Positions 13,365 to 27,156 are shown, counted from the first letter of the whole stretch. The stretch: DNA of 33,073 nucleotides, filler included, from 12 parts of 12 records of this genome joined end to end with filler, not necessarily neighbours in it, one strand, 5' to 3'. Notes: generated from the letters alone by a model not told the origin. Numbers and translations are program-made.

Positions 13365-14807
13365 TTTTTTATGTTGCTCGGTCAGCACTATCTGCCGCTT
13401 AATCCACAGCAGTTGCCAGGGCTGTCGTGGGATCTGGCGCTGAATACCGCCGTCAGCTTTGTCACCAATACCAACTGGCAATCTTATAGCGGTGAAACCA
13501 CGTTGAGCTATTTCAGCCAGATGGCGGGCTTAACGGTGCAAAACTTTCTTTCTGCCGCCAGCGGGATTGCGGTGATTTTTGCCCTCATCCGTGCGTTTAC
13601 CCGCCAGAGCATGAGCACGCTCGGGAATGCCTGGGTCGATCTGCTACGCATCACGTTATGGGTGCTAGTCCCTGTGGCGTTGTTGATTGCACTGTTTTTT
13701 ATTCAACAAGGTGCGCTGCAAAACTTTCTGCCTTATCAGGCTGTGAATACCGTTGAAGGAGCGCAACAGCTGTTACCCATGGGGCCTGTAGCTTCTCAGG
13801 AAGCGATCAAGATGCTCGGTACTAACGGCGGTGGCTTCTTTAATGCCAACTCGTCGCATCCGTTTGAAAACCCAACCGCACTGACCAACTTCGTGCAGAT
13901 GCTGGCGATCTTCTTGATCCCAACGGCGCTGTGCTTTGCCTTTGGTGAAGTGATGGGCGATCGCCGCCAGGGGCGCATGTTGCTGTGGGCGATGTCAGTG
14001 ATTTTTGTCATCTGCGTAGGCGTGGTGATGTGGGCAGAAGTTCAGGGTAATCCTCATCTGCTGGCACTGGGCACGGACAGCAGCATCAATATGGAAGGTA
14101 AAGAGAGCCGTTTCGGCGTGCTGGTCAGTAGCCTGTTTGCGGTCGTGACGACGGCGGCTTCCTGTGGCGCGGTGATTGCGATGCATGATTCGTTTACCGC
14201 TCTCGGTGGCATGGTGCCGATGTGGCTGATGCAAATTGGTGAAGTGGTGTTCGGCGGTGTCGGTTCTGGTCTTTACGGCATGATGCTGTTTGTCCTGCTG
14301 GCGGTGTTTATTGCCGGGCTGATGATTGGTCGTACACCGGAATATCTGGGTAAAAAAATCGACGTACGCGAGATGAAACTGACTGCACTGGCAATTCTGG
14401 TTACCCCGACGCTGGTGCTGATGGGCGCGGCGTTGGCGATGATGACCGACGCCGGACGTAGCGCCATGCTCAACCCTGGCCCGCATGGTTTTAGCGAAGT
14501 GCTGTACGCCGTGTCATCCGCCGCTAACAACAACGGCAGCGCCTTTGCCGGATTAAGCGCCAACTCTCCGTTCTGGAACTGTTTACTGGCGTTCTGCATG
14601 TTTGTCGGTCGCTTCGGGGTGATTATCCCGGTGATGGCAATTGCCGGTTCGCTGGTGAGTAAAAAGAGCCAAGCCGCCAGCTCCGGCACGCTGCCAACGC
14701 ACGGCCCGCTGTTTGTTGGCCTGTTAATCGGCACCGTGTTGCTGGTTGGCGCACTGACCTTTATCCCTGCCCTGGCGCTTGGTCCGGTGGCGGAATATCT
14801 CTCCTGA
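13365..14807 (+). CDS. kdpA: K+-transporting ATPase subunit A (5' end missing)
   Basis: Selectivity-filter motifs [23 protein letters not shown]. Confidence 0.98.
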   Translation, partial: FFMLLGQHYLPLNPQQLPGLSWDLALNTAVSFVTNTNWQSYSGETTLSYFSQMAGLTVQNFLSAASGIAVIFALIRAFTRQSMSTLGNAWVDLLRITLWVLVPVALLIALFFIQQGALQNFLPYQAVNTVEGAQQLLPMGPVASQEAIKMLGTNGGGFFNANSSHPFENPTALTNFVQMLAIFLIPTALCFAFGEVMGDRRQGRMLLWAMSVIFVICVGVVMWAEVQGNPHLLALGTDSSINMEGKESRFGVLVSSLFAVVTTAASCGAVIAMHDSFTALGGMVPMWLMQIGEVVFGGVGSGLYGMMLFVLLAVFIAGLMIGRTPEYLGKKIDVREMKLTALAILVTPTLVLMGAALAMMTDAGRSAMLNPGPHGFSEVLYAVSSAANNNGSAFAGLSANSPFWNCLLAFCMFVGRFGVIIPVMAIAGSLVSKKSQAASSGTLPTHGPLFVGLLIGTVLLVGALTFIPALALGPVAEYLS

Positions 14808-14829
14808 TGATATTGAGTGAGCACTGAAT

Positions 14830-15439
14830 ATGAGTCGTAAACAACTGGCGCTATTCGAACCAACACTTGTCGTTCAGGCGCTGAAAGAAGCGGTGAAAAA
14901 ATTAAACCCGCAGGCGCAATGGCGCAATCCGGTGATGTTTATCGTCTGGATCGGCAGTCTGCTGACCACCTGTATTAGCATCGCGATGGCAAGCGGTGCG
15001 ATGCCCGGCAATGCGCTGTTTAGCGCGGCCATTAGCGGTTGGCTGTGGATCACCGTACTGTTCGCTAATTTCGCCGAGGCGCTGGCAGAAGGCCGCAGTA
15101 AAGCGCAGGCCAACAGTCTGAAAGGGGTGAAAAAAACTGCCTTTGCCCGCAAGCTGCGTGAGCCGAAATATGGCGCTGCGGCGGACAAAGTTCCTGCCGA
15201 CCAACTTCGTAAAGGCGATATCGTACTGGTAGAAGCTGGCGATATTATCCCCTGCGATGGTGAAGTTATTGAAGGGGTGCATCGGTCGATGAAAGCGCCA
15301 TCACCGGGGAATCGGCACCGGTGATCCGTGAATCCGGCGGCGATTTTGCCTCCGTCACCGGCGGCACGCGTATTCTTTCTGACTGGCTGGTGATTGAGTG
15401 TAGCGTTAACCCCGGCGAGACATTTCTGGATCGGATGAT
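14830..15439 (+). CDS. kdpB: K+-transporting P-type ATPase subunit B, 5' part, with an apparent 1-base deletion at G-run 15274-15277
   Basis: [21 protein letters not shown]; continues in the shifted frame as [22 protein letters not shown] (TGES motif). Confidence 0.96.
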
Positions 15440-15539
15440 NNNNNNNNNNNNNNNNNNNNNNNNNNNNNNNNNNNNNNNNNNNNTTAATTAATTAANNNNN
15501 NNNNNNNNNNNNNNNNNNNNNNNNNNNNNNNNNNNNNNN

Positions 15540-16777
<1,238 letters not shown>

Positions 16778-16792
16778 TTATCTTTTAGGCGT

Positions 16793-17347
<555 letters not shown>

Positions 17348-17428
17348 TTAATTCAGGATTGTCCAAAACTCTACGAGTTTAGTTTGACATTTAAGTTAAA
17401 ACGTTTGGCCTTACTTAACGGAGAACCA

Positions 17429-17906
<478 letters not shown>

Positions 17907-17928
17907 GAAATATACAACGATCCCGCCA

Positions 17929-18216
17929 TCACCAGGCCATCTGGCTGGGGTGCTTAACCGTAAGTCTGACGAAATCAGTATAGTCAATGAGAATGATGTC
18001 GTTCGAAATTTGACCAGTCAAACCGCGGGCAATAAGGTCTTCGTTCAGGGCATAGACCTTAATGGGGGCATTACGCAGACTTTCAAGGTAGCGGTTACCG
18101 TCAACTGCGGCAGTTACGCCATCTTGCAATAATAGCAGTTCGTCTCCTTCACTGAGCAGACGCAGCAGCGCAGCAAAATCCGTCAGCCAGGGTGAGCGAT
18201 GTAATGTGTGCAGCAT
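17929..18216 (-). CDS. tusB: Sulfur relay protein TusB (YheL)
   Basis: 95 aa [24 protein letters not shown]; upstream of rpsL. Confidence 0.96.
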   Translation of the reverse strand: MLHTLHRSPWLTDFAALLRLLSEGDELLLLQDGVTAAVDGNRYLESLRNAPIKVYALNEDLIARGLTGQISNDIILIDYTDFVRLTVKHPSQMAW

Positions 18217-18223
18217 AAACGCC

Positions 18224-18433
18224 TCAAAACCTCAAAATAACATCGTAGTTGGCGAGTTCGCGGCGTAAGGCATCTGCTTCGAGCGGCGTGGCTTCGACAA
18301 CAAAGGGTGTCTGCGGATCTAACCCGCGTTCGCGCAGTGAAGCCGCACAAACCCAGCACTGTTCAATGTCGTACAGACCCAACAATTTAAAAGTGGCAAT
18401 GTAATCACGCGCCAGCACTGCATCGGGCTTTTG
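18224..18433 (-). CDS. tusC: Sulfur relay protein TusC (YheM), 3' fragment
   Basis: [45 protein letters not shown]. Confidence 0.94.
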
Positions 18434-19026
18434 NNNNNNNNNNNNNNNNNNNNNNNNNNNNNNNNNNNNNNNNNNNNTTAATTAATTAANNNNNNNNNNN
18501 NNNNNNNNNNNNNNNNNNNNNNNNNNNNNNNNNACGGAGATAAACTGAATGCATACACAAACATAAACATAAGCATATACACATACACATACACGACGAG
18601 AGAGATGAGTCCAACAGATAGAATGAATCAGAGGGTACGGAGCATGAACAAAACGGCGACGAAAGTTATTCCAACAGAAAATAGTTATCCACAGAACTGA
18701 GTATCCAAGCACATAAGGTGAAGGTGATATGGTTGTACTCACAGAAACACACAGAAATACATATAAACAAACACAAACACATACACACACACATCACGCG
18801 AGGGAGAAACCGACACATCTACATCATACACGAACAGCGAATGACACACGCAAAGAACTGGTTCGGGCAAACTCATGAGACACGATACACGAACGGAACG
18901 GGCAAGAATGTTGCGTCATACACACAGCGGAGTTTGCAAACGCACGAGTACATAGAGCAACAACGATGCAGGGCAGCTCACAAATCAACGCAACACGAGA
19001 ACATAATGATTGGGCTGCAAGTATAC

Positions 19027-19282
19027 CTGCTCTGCTTGCTCCTCCACGCGATCCGAGACAAGCTCGCCCTTGGTCGGGTGCAGACCCAATGTGCCACTCA
19101 CAAAGATGAACCCATTCGCACGGATGGCTTGGCTGCAGGATTAGCACCACAGTTAGTTGTGTCACAAGCGGAAGTGCGCGATCCACGTGATAAATTGCGA
19201 CTGAAAACTATGAGATGTCGGAATACCTGTAAGCACCGATAGCAGCGGGTGCGAGGGCGCTATTAATTACCTCCTTCAACAT
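19027..19282 (-). CDS. Eukaryotic RidA/YjgF/UK114-family protein, first two exons
   Basis: Exon1 19282-19227 and exon2 19132-19027 (94-nt GT..AG intron, phase 2) give MLKEVINSALAPAAIGAYSQAIRANGFIFVSGTLGLHPTKGELVSDRVEEQAEQ, the classic Rid N-terminus (APxAIGxYSQA..FVSG). The next donor at 19026 opens an intron that runs off the contig. Not in the ORF track. Confidence 0.9.
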
Positions 19283-19503
19283 GATTGGATGGAAAAACGA
19301 ATGCCATTTATCGGCAACTTCGCTATCTAAGCTGGCGTAGATTAAATCATGTCCTCATGCTGTCAGACATGTTCTGACACCGTGACGAGTTTTTTGTATG
19401 CGCACACAACACGCCACTTTCACCGCTGTCCATCGGTAGTTCCTAGTTTCTCCAGCATCGTTAGTCCATAGGCTCCGTCCTTGAACTATTGTGACGGGAA
19501 ACG

Positions 19504-19725
19504 ATGGCGAAGAAAAAGAATCTAATTGTTCGATTGCTCTCCACTGCTGGAACTGGATTCTTTTATCTTACGCAAAAGAACCCGCGTACTGTCCCTCAGA
19601 AAATGCAGCTTCGTAAATACGACCCTGTGGTTCGCCAACATGTCATTTTTGCGTACGTTGTGCTCTCTTCTTCGTCAACAGGTTCGCCTTACTCAACTGT
19701 TCTGCGTAGAGAGGCTAAGAAATGA
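19504..19725 (+). CDS. Nuclear-encoded organellar (mitochondrial-type) ribosomal protein bL33, 2 exons
   Basis: Exons 19504-19652 and 19710-19725 with a 57-nt GTACGT..TAG intron; spliced 54 aa [54 protein letters not shown]. Confidence 0.92.
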   Translation: MAKKKNLIVRLLSTAGTGFFYLTQKNPRTVPQKMQLRKYDPVVRQHVIFAYVVLSSSSTGSPYSTVLRREAKK

Positions 19726-20730
19726 AAGACTGCCGCTTTCAAGTTATTATTTATGGTGGTAATGTGTCAATGGACTACTGTGAGACGCCGTTCCACTGCT
19801 CTCACTGTGCACCAGCTGGCGGCCCCGTCCAAGATGAACCACAAACCCACTGAGCGTGACGGCTGTTGTGTGCGCACTTGCGGCGACACGGGTACTTTTA
19901 CATGGGGTTATCTCTAGGGGCGCAATACAATGCTTCTTTTGCTTGTTTTTTTCCTACCAAACATGGGGTCTGAAATGCAGCCAGAGGACGAACGCAAGCA
20001 CGCTTACACTCACCACACACACGCAGATCCCCTCACTCTGCAATAGACAGAAGCCGCTAGGGTGCTCACTCCTCCGTGTTGTTGGGTGCATGCGTGTATG
20101 TGTGCGTGCGTGCGCTTTGCACTGTTCGGTCGTGCTGTGGGAAGATCTCTCATACGGTGTCTCTGGGACACACACACACAGCGGTGATGACGGCGGTGAC
20201 CATGGGTGGTGGTGGTGCTGGCTTGTAGATAGTTGCGCAGAGCGGCTGGAAAATTTGTTGTTCATAGCACACGCGCACACAGCCTGTATACAATACGTAC
20301 ACGTAGAGAGCCAGCACACTCACACACAGCACAGCCAGAGCGCGTTCTCCTAGTTTGCGCGATCGAAAACGGGACCATGATTCCCGCCGTAGAAAAAAAA
20401 CACACAGGGCCATCGTAGCGTATATATTGTTTTGTAAAACTTTCACACATAGAGAGGAGCGATTGCTCTCCGAGACACATCGAACACCGTCTTGGTCACA
20501 AGACACCACCGCCACCACCACGCGCATAGCACAGCACACCATCGTGGATACCATCATGCGACGTTGTGGTCATAAAATTAGACGCGCTTGTTTGTCACAT
20601 GAAACAAGTGATAAGCTAAACTACTCTTTCNNNNNNNNNNNNNNNNNNNNNNNNNNNNNNNNNNNNNNNNNNNNTTAATTAATTAANNNNNNNNNNNNNN
20701 NNNNNNNNNNNNNNNNNNNNNNNNNNNNNN

Positions 20731-21306
20731 GGAGATCCACGACAACAGCAACGGAAAAATACGCAGCACGTTGTCGATGACAGTATTGAGATCGCTCGCC
20801 CAGCGCAGGGAGAGCAAATAGGAACTGATCGCCAGACTGGCCCCTGCCAGCAGCGGCCCCAGCGTTAAAATCATCCAGTACACGGCGAACGAGTAAATTT
20901 TTGGTCGCGCTCGTTTACTGCGCCAGATGGTATTCAACGCGCTATCGATGGAGTACATCAACAATAACGCGGTGACGATCAGCCCGCACGCCCCAACGGC
21001 GGTCATCTTGTTGGAATTGGCAACAAATTGTTCGATATACCGCTGAATAACATCGCCAGTAGCAGGCAGAAAGTTGGCAAAAATAAAGTGACGTAACTGA
21101 ATGCTGACGTCGGAAAACATGGGAAAAGCGGCGAAAAGCGCAAAAACAACGGCAACCAGCGGCACTAATGAGAGCAACGACACATAGGCAAGGTTACCTG
21201 CCAGGGTTGTCATGTTGTCCTCATCAATGCGTTGCCAGAGTAGTTTTAGCCAGGCCCATAGTGGACGGGTACGGTGCCTGGCTTTGTCCTGAATGGTTTT
21301 TAGCAT
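20731..21306 (-). CDS. yihY: YihY/BrkB family inner membrane protein, 5' part
   Basis: [32 protein letters not shown]. Confidence 0.95.
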
Positions 21307-21899
21307 AACACCTTCGCGAAATAGTCCGGGATGGTGGTTTTATCTTTCACCAGAATACTGGTAATGCCCAGCTGATTGGCTCCTTCTATATTATCGGCGT
21401 TATCGTCGAAAAAGACCGTATCGCTGGGTGAAAAACCTTCCGCCTGCAAAACATGCTGGTAAATTCGTGCTTCAGGTTTGCGCATCCCCAGATCTTGCGA
21501 CAGATAGATATGGTCAGCAGCATCACGAATTTCCGGGTATTCTTCCGGCCAGAAGGTGGTATGCAGGCGGTTGGTATTGGAAAGCACCACCACGCGATGC
21601 CCCTGCTCACGCAGTTTATGCATGATGGCGATCACTTCCGGGCGCAGCGCAACAAACACCGCCTGCCAGCCGTGAGAGAACTGCTCGTAGCTTAGCGGTA
21701 GAGCCATCTCATGACACAGCGCCTCTGCGAACGCTTCGTCGCTAATTTCCCCACGCTCATGCTGATGAAACGCCTCCCCCATATGAAAACTCTTCTTAAG
21801 CGATGCCAGCGGAATACGCGTTAAATCGCTCCAGGCTCCCAGCACACGGTTAAAGTCGATATCGACAATCACATTACCTAAATCAAAGATATAGAGCAT
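21300..21899 (-). CDS. yihX: Alpha-D-glucose-1-phosphate phosphatase (HAD)
   Basis: ATG 21899, 199 aa; FDLGNV, LSNTN, RKPE and FFDD HAD motifs. Confidence 0.96.
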
Positions 21900-21997
21900 T
21901 TTTGCCTCCTTTCGCGCCACAAGAAATTAACTGTAGCGGGAAAGGATGGGTTTGGCTATGTGGCAAGGTATGAAGCCAGGTTAACGGTCACAAAAAT

Positions 21998-22782
21998 CTA
22001 CGCGTCTTCCTGGGGAAGAATGATTTCAATTTGGCTGTCTTGTAAGCGTGATTTTAGCGCAGCGGGCGGCAGCTCGTCGGTAAAGAGCGCAGTGACCTGT
22101 GCCACGTTACCAATTTCAACCGCCGCCGAAGCATGATACTTAGTGTGATCGGCGACCAGCAGAATATTTCTCGCGTGCGCCATCATCGTTTTCACCACGT
22201 TAGCTTCGTTTACATCAAACTCCATCAACGCGCCATCGCTCTCAATCGCCCCAACGCTTGTTACCAGATAATCAGCACGAAAATCAGCCACAAAGGACGC
22301 CGCTGAAGGGCCAATGATCCCGCTATTATGAGAGCGCAACGTACCGCCGGGCACCATCACTTCAAAGCGCGGGTTGTGGTAAAGAATATGCGCCACACGC
22401 AGGCTGTTGGTGATTATCCGCAAATGATTATGGTTAAGTAACGCCCGGGCAACATGCTCAACAGTCGTACCAATGGTGATAAATATTGTTGAACCATCAG
22501 GAATATAGTCTGCCACCGCTTCGGCAATCGCTTTTTTTCCTCGGTTTGCGAAACCTCACGCTGCTCGAACGCCGTATTAACGACGCTGGAAGCCCGACCC
22601 GCGCCACCGTGATGGCGCGTAATCAGGCCTTGCTCGCTTAATTTACGAATATCCCGGCGGACCGTCTGCGTGGAGACATCCAGCAGATTTGCCAGCTCAT
22701 CAATATTCATATACCCACGCTCGGCGATCAGCATGAGGAGTTGGTCGTGCCGCGGGTTACCGGTTAGTTCGGTAAGGCTCAT
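21998..22782 (-). CDS. yihW: DeoR-family sulfoquinovose regulator CsqR (YihW), with an apparent 1-base deletion in T-run 22532-22538
   Basis: HTH half (VSTQTVRRDI) and sensor half (IGTTVE..ADHTKY) are in different frames; the 785-bp span is one short of an intact 261-codon gene. Confidence 0.94.
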
Positions 22783-22815
22783 GAAAATTCCTCGAAAAAC
22801 CATCACCCTGGCATT

Positions 22816-23231
22816 TTATACAAAAAGTGACAAAAAAGATCGGGTTTGATCACAGTCAGGGATCCCGGCTCGTCCACCGGGACGTGTGCATTTTAACGCC
22901 GCTACACCGCTGGCGAAGCGGACTGACTCCGCTAAATCCCCACTTGTTGCCAGCGCCACCGCCAAAGCGCCGTGAAAAACATCACCCGCACCTGTGGTAT
23001 CTACCACATCAACTTTGAAGGCCGGTTGATGCTGACGCCCACCATTTTCCAGCCAGTCGCAGCCTGCGCTACCCTGGGTCACATAGACATGACCATTTGT
23101 GAGCGTTTGTGCCTGTTTTAGCGCACTGGCCATCTCTTTCACGCCCGTTAAGCGCGCCAGACCCGGTTCTGAAAAGGCCGCGTGATCGCTTAATGCCACC
23201 AGCTCACTGATATCCTGCGGCGTAATGTCCC
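22816..23231 (-). CDS. yihV: Sulfofructose kinase (PfkB family), 3' part
   Basis: VTQGSAG and VVDTTGAGDVFHG PfkB signature; upstream of yihW. Confidence 0.94.
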
Positions 23232-23331
23232 NNNNNNNNNNNNNNNNNNNNNNNNNNNNNNNNNNNNNNNNNNNNTTAATTAATTAANNNNNNNNNNNNN
23301 NNNNNNNNNNNNNNNNNNNNNNNNNNNNNNN

Positions 23332-23520
23332 TTTTTACAAAACCGCGATGCGCAGGCCGTTCAGCGCCAGCGCGTGGCCGATAACTTTCCCGGCAGCGAT
23401 GCCTATTACAACTATGTGCTGACCCTGTTTGGACAAGGCTGGGATCAACACCGTTTCCGCTTCTCGACAAAAGGTGAGTTATTACCTGACTGGGGCCAGG
23501 AATGCGCAAATTCACACTAA
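23332..23520 (+). CDS. bcsZ: Endoglucanase BcsZ, 3' fragment
   Basis: [50 protein letters not shown]; overlaps the bcsC start. Confidence 0.93.
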   Translation, partial: FLQNRDAQAVQRQRVADNFPGSDAYYNYVLTLFGQGWDQHRFRFSTKGELLPDWGQECANSH

Positions 23521-25769
23521 ACATATTCACGCTTTCCCTCGGTCTGGCCGTCATGCCGATGGTCGAGGCAGCACCAACCGCTCAGCAACAGTTGCTGGAG
23601 CAAGTTCGGTTAGGCGAAGCGACCCATCGTGAAGATCTGGTGCAACAGTCGTTATATCGGCTGGAACTTATTGATCCGAATAACCCGGACGTCGTTGCCG
23701 CCCGTTTCCGTTCTTTGTTACGTCAGGGCGATATTGATGGCGCGCAAAAACAGCTCGATCGGCTGTCGCAGTTAGCGCCGAGTTCAAATGCGTATAAATC
23801 GTCGCGGACTACGATGCTACTTTCCACGCCGGATGGTCGTCAGGCACTGCAACAGGCACGATTGCAGGCGACGACCGGTCATGCAGAAGAAGCTGTGGCG
23901 AGTTACAACAAACTGTTCAACGGTGCGCCGCCGGAAGGTGACATTGCTGTCGAGTACTGGAGTACGGTGGCGAAAATTCCGGCTCGCCGTGGCGAAGCGA
24001 TTAATCAGTTAAAACGCATCAATGCGGATGCACCGGGCAATACGGGCCTGCAAAACAATCTGGCGCTATTGCTGTTTAGTAGCGATCGCCGTGACGAAGG
24101 TTTTGCCGTCCTGGAACAGATGGCAAAATCGAACGCCGGGCGCGAAGGGGCCTCTAAAATCTGGTACGGGCAGATTAAAGACATGCCCGTCAGTGATGCC
24201 AGTGTGTCGGCGCTGAAAAAATATCTCTCGATCTTTAGTGATGGCGATAGCGTGGCGGCTGCGCAATCGCAACTGGCAGAACAGCAAAAACAGCTGGCCG
24301 ATCCTGCTTTCCGCGCTCGTGCGCAAGGTTTAGCGGCGGTGGACTCTGGTATGGCGGGTAAAGCCATTCCCGAACTACAACAGGCGGTGCGGGCGAACCC
24401 GAAAGACAGTGAAGCTCTGGGGGCGCTGGGCCAGGCGTATTCTCAGAAAGGCGATCGCGCCAATGCAGTGGCGAATCTGGAAAAAGCCCTCGCACTGGAC
24501 CCGCACAGCAGCAACAACGACAAATGGAACAGTCTGCTGAAAGTAAACCGCTACTGGCTGGCGATCCAGCAGGGCGATGCTGCGCTGAAAGCCAATAATC
24601 CTGACCGGGCAGAACGCCTGTTCCAGCAGGCGCGTAATGTCGATAACACCGACAGTTATGCAGTGCTGGGGCTGGGCGATGTGGCGATGGCGCGAAAAGA
24701 TTATCCCGCCGCCGAACGTTATTATCAGCAGACCTTGCGTATGGACAGCGGCAACACTAACGCCGTGCGCGGGCTGGCAAATATTTACCGCCAGCAATCG
24801 CCAGAAAAAGCTGAAGCGTTTATCGCCTCGCTCTCTGCCAGTCAGCGGCGTAGCATTGATGATATCGAACGCAGCCTGCAAAACGACCGTCTGGCACAGC
24901 AGGCAGAGGCACTGGAAAACCAGGGCAAATGGGCGCAGGCGGCAGCACTTCAGCGGCAACGACTGGCGCTGGACCCCGGCAGCGTATGGATTACTTACCG
25001 ACTTTCGCAGGATCTCTGGCAGGCCGGACAACGCAGCCAGGCCGATACGTTAATGCGCAATCTGGCGCAGCAGAAGTCGAACGACCCGGAGCAGGTTTAC
25101 GCTTACGGGCTGTACCTCTCTGGTCATGACCAGGACAGAGCGGCGCTGGCGCATATCAATAGCCTGCCGCGTGCGCAGTGGAACAGCAATATTCAGGAGC
25201 TGGTTAATCGACTGCAAAGCGATCAGGTGCTGGAAACCGCTAACCGCCTGCGAGAAAGCGGCAAAGAGGCAGAAGCGGAAGCGATGCTGCGCCAGCAACC
25301 ACCTTCCACGCGTATTGACCTCACGCTGGCTGACTGGGCGCAACAACGACGTGATTACACCGCCGCCCGCGCTGCATATCAGAATGTCCTGACGCGGGAG
25401 CCAGCTAACGCCGACGCCATTCTTGGTCTGACGGAAGTGGATATTGCTGCCGGTGACAAAGCGGCGGCACGTAGCCAGCTGGCGAAACTGCCCGCTACCG
25501 ATAACGCCTCGCTGAACACACAGCGGCGCGTGGCGCTGGCACAGGCGCAGCTTGGCGATACCGCAGCAGCGCAGCGGACGTTTAATAAGTTGATCCCGCA
25601 GGCAAAATCTCAGCCACCGTCGATGGAAAGCGCGATGGTGCTGCGTGATGGTGCGAAGTTTGAAGCGCAGGCGGGCGATCCAACGCAGGCGCTGGAAACC
25701 TACAAAGACGCCATGGTCGCATCCGGTGTGACTACGACGCGTCCGCAGGATAACGACACCTTTACCCGA
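23502..25769 (+). CDS. bcsC: Cellulose synthase outer-membrane TPR protein BcsC, 5' part
   Basis: Signal peptide followed by tandem TPR-like helical repeats; follows bcsZ. Confidence 0.96.
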
Positions 25770-25873
25770 NNNNNNNNNNNNNNNNNNNNNNNNNNNNNNN
25801 NNNNNNNNNNNNNTTAATTAATTAANNNNNNNNNNNNNNNNNNNNNNNNNNNNNNNNNNNNNNNNNNNNAGAA

Positions 25874-25906
25874 ATAAAAAAAGCCCAAGGCGTTAACCTC
25901 GGGCTT
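25874..25906 (-). terminator. Intrinsic terminator tR' of the phage late operon leader
   Basis: Minus strand AAGCCCGAGG-TTAACG-CCTTGGGCTT followed by TTTTTATTT. Confidence 0.9.
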
Positions 25907-25943
25907 GAATTTTTTTGGCTTCGGAACGACTGAACGTATTCCC

Positions 25944-25985
25944 AGCGTTAGAGATGAATCTATCCAGTTTTTCCGCGAAATGCAA
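25944..25985 (-). promoter_or_regulatory. Phage late promoter pR' with sigma70-dependent pause element (qut region)
   Basis: -35 TTGCAT (25985-25980), 17 bp, -10 TAGATT (25962-25957), then AACGCTGGG, similar to lambda's AACGATGGG pause-inducing -10-like element. Confidence 0.85.
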
Positions 25986-26027
25986 TACCTATTTCCTATA
26001 TATTTTCAACATTAGGGAAAATTATTT

Positions 26028-26837
26028 TCATCTCGTTACTTTTGAGAGAATGGAATCAGCCATAGACTCCTGTTTATGGCATTCGGCGACCAACTCCTCA
26101 AATAGCGGCTGAAGTTGCTCATATGCCGCCGTTTTCTTTATCTCCGCAACAGTATTAACGCCCTCAATTACCGTTGAGAACTTAAGCCTGGCGTAACCTC
26201 TACCACCGCAGCGGTCGCAGGCTTTCATTACTGGAACGCCCTGGCGATCGCTTTCTGCCTTGTCCAGCACCTTACCTTTGCCATGGCAGCGACACGAATT
26301 GCTGATAACGCCTTTTCCGTTACACGGCTTGCACTTAACTCGCACCACCTCACGCGCCTGTGTCCAGCTCTCCCAGTCGCTTGGGCGAACGGCACGCGAC
26401 ATTTTCGACCAGTAAGGCGGTTTCCCCCATGGGTATGAGACCTTGTTGGTAAACACTTGCGCCTCTGTAAATCCGCCACCATCACAGCAATCACATTTTC
26501 GAGTGCTGGCAGCACTTCTTGAATAATCCTGGTATGCAAAAGCGCAGAGAACCTTAAGCACGCCTGACCGAGCTGATTCATCGAGTTCAGACAGTGCTCT
26601 GAATTTACCTGATAACTTACGTGCCTGCTCATAGAGTCTCTCCAGTGCTATATCTGGGCTGCTAATGCCGATTTTCGAGAGGTAAAGATCGAAACCAAAC
26701 CCGCACTTGTGGCCAGCAAGGCCAAGCGCCGCCATAACGTCAGTGCCGGTGAGACTGTCTGATGCGGTTGCGCGAGGAGAGTCACTGAACATCGGTGATT
26801 TAGGCGCAAAGTATTTAGCGATTGATTCGAGGTTCAT
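26028..26837 (-). CDS. Q: Lambda-family late antitermination protein Q
   Basis: MNLESIAKYFAPKSPMFSDSPRATASDSLTGTDVMAA..FAYQDYSRSAA..CHKQESMADSILSKVTR parallels lambda Q termini; followed by pR'/tR'. Confidence 0.93.
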   Translation of the reverse strand: MNLESIAKYFAPKSPMFSDSPRATASDSLTGTDVMAALGLAGHKCGFGFDLYLSKIGISSPDIALERLYEQARKLSGKFRALSELDESARSGVLKVLCAFAYQDYSRSAASTRKCDCCDGGGFTEAQVFTNKVSYPWGKPPYWSKMSRAVRPSDWESWTQAREVVRVKCKPCNGKGVISNSCRCHGKGKVLDKAESDRQGVPVMKACDRCGGRGYARLKFSTVIEGVNTVAEIKKTAAYEQLQPLFEELVAECHKQESMADSILSKVTR

Positions 26838-26953
26838 TATGCGGCTTCCTTCTGTGGCTGGTGGGTTTTGGTCTGGCTGTGCTTTACTATTGGCGGCATG
26901 CTGGCGCGCTTAACGCTTTCGGCCTGGTATCGGGTTATCTCGTCTCTGGTCAT
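26837..26953 (-). CDS. Small phage hypothetical protein (38 aa)
   Basis: MTRDEITRYQAESVKRASMPPIVKHSQTKTHQPQKEAA*; GGAGG RBS, ATGA overlap with the upstream gene and TAATG overlap with Q. Confidence 0.75.
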   Translation of the reverse strand: MTRDEITRYQAESVKRASMPPIVKHSQTKTHQPQKEAA

Positions 26954-27156
26954 GATGGCCTCCGATTCCAGGCGCGAATTGCATCGCGCTTTGTTGGATA
27001 GGTGTCAGTTATCGGCTTAATCAAGCATTGCTTTGTTGAACAACCGGCGTAGACACCATCACCATCAGAAAAAAGTTCTGCGCCGCCGCCACAGAACGGA
27101 CACTCAAGCAGAAAAGCCCAATGAGGTAGCTTGAGATCGAATATCATTGGTTTCAT
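26950..27156 (-). CDS. Lar-family (restriction alleviation-like) zinc-ribbon protein
   Basis: LECPFCGG..GCSTKQC..AIRAWNRR signature; ATGA-coupled to ninG. Confidence 0.78.
   Translation of the reverse strand: MKPMIFDLKLPHWAFLLECPFCGGGAELFSDGDGVYAGCSTKQCLIKPITDTYPTKRDAIRAWNRRPS

Noticed and set aside
19726-20630. Possible further gene downstream of bL33
   Set aside because: Only low-complexity ORFs on both strands, with no motif or phase-consistent exon chain that I could support; probably UTR, intron or intergenic DNA.
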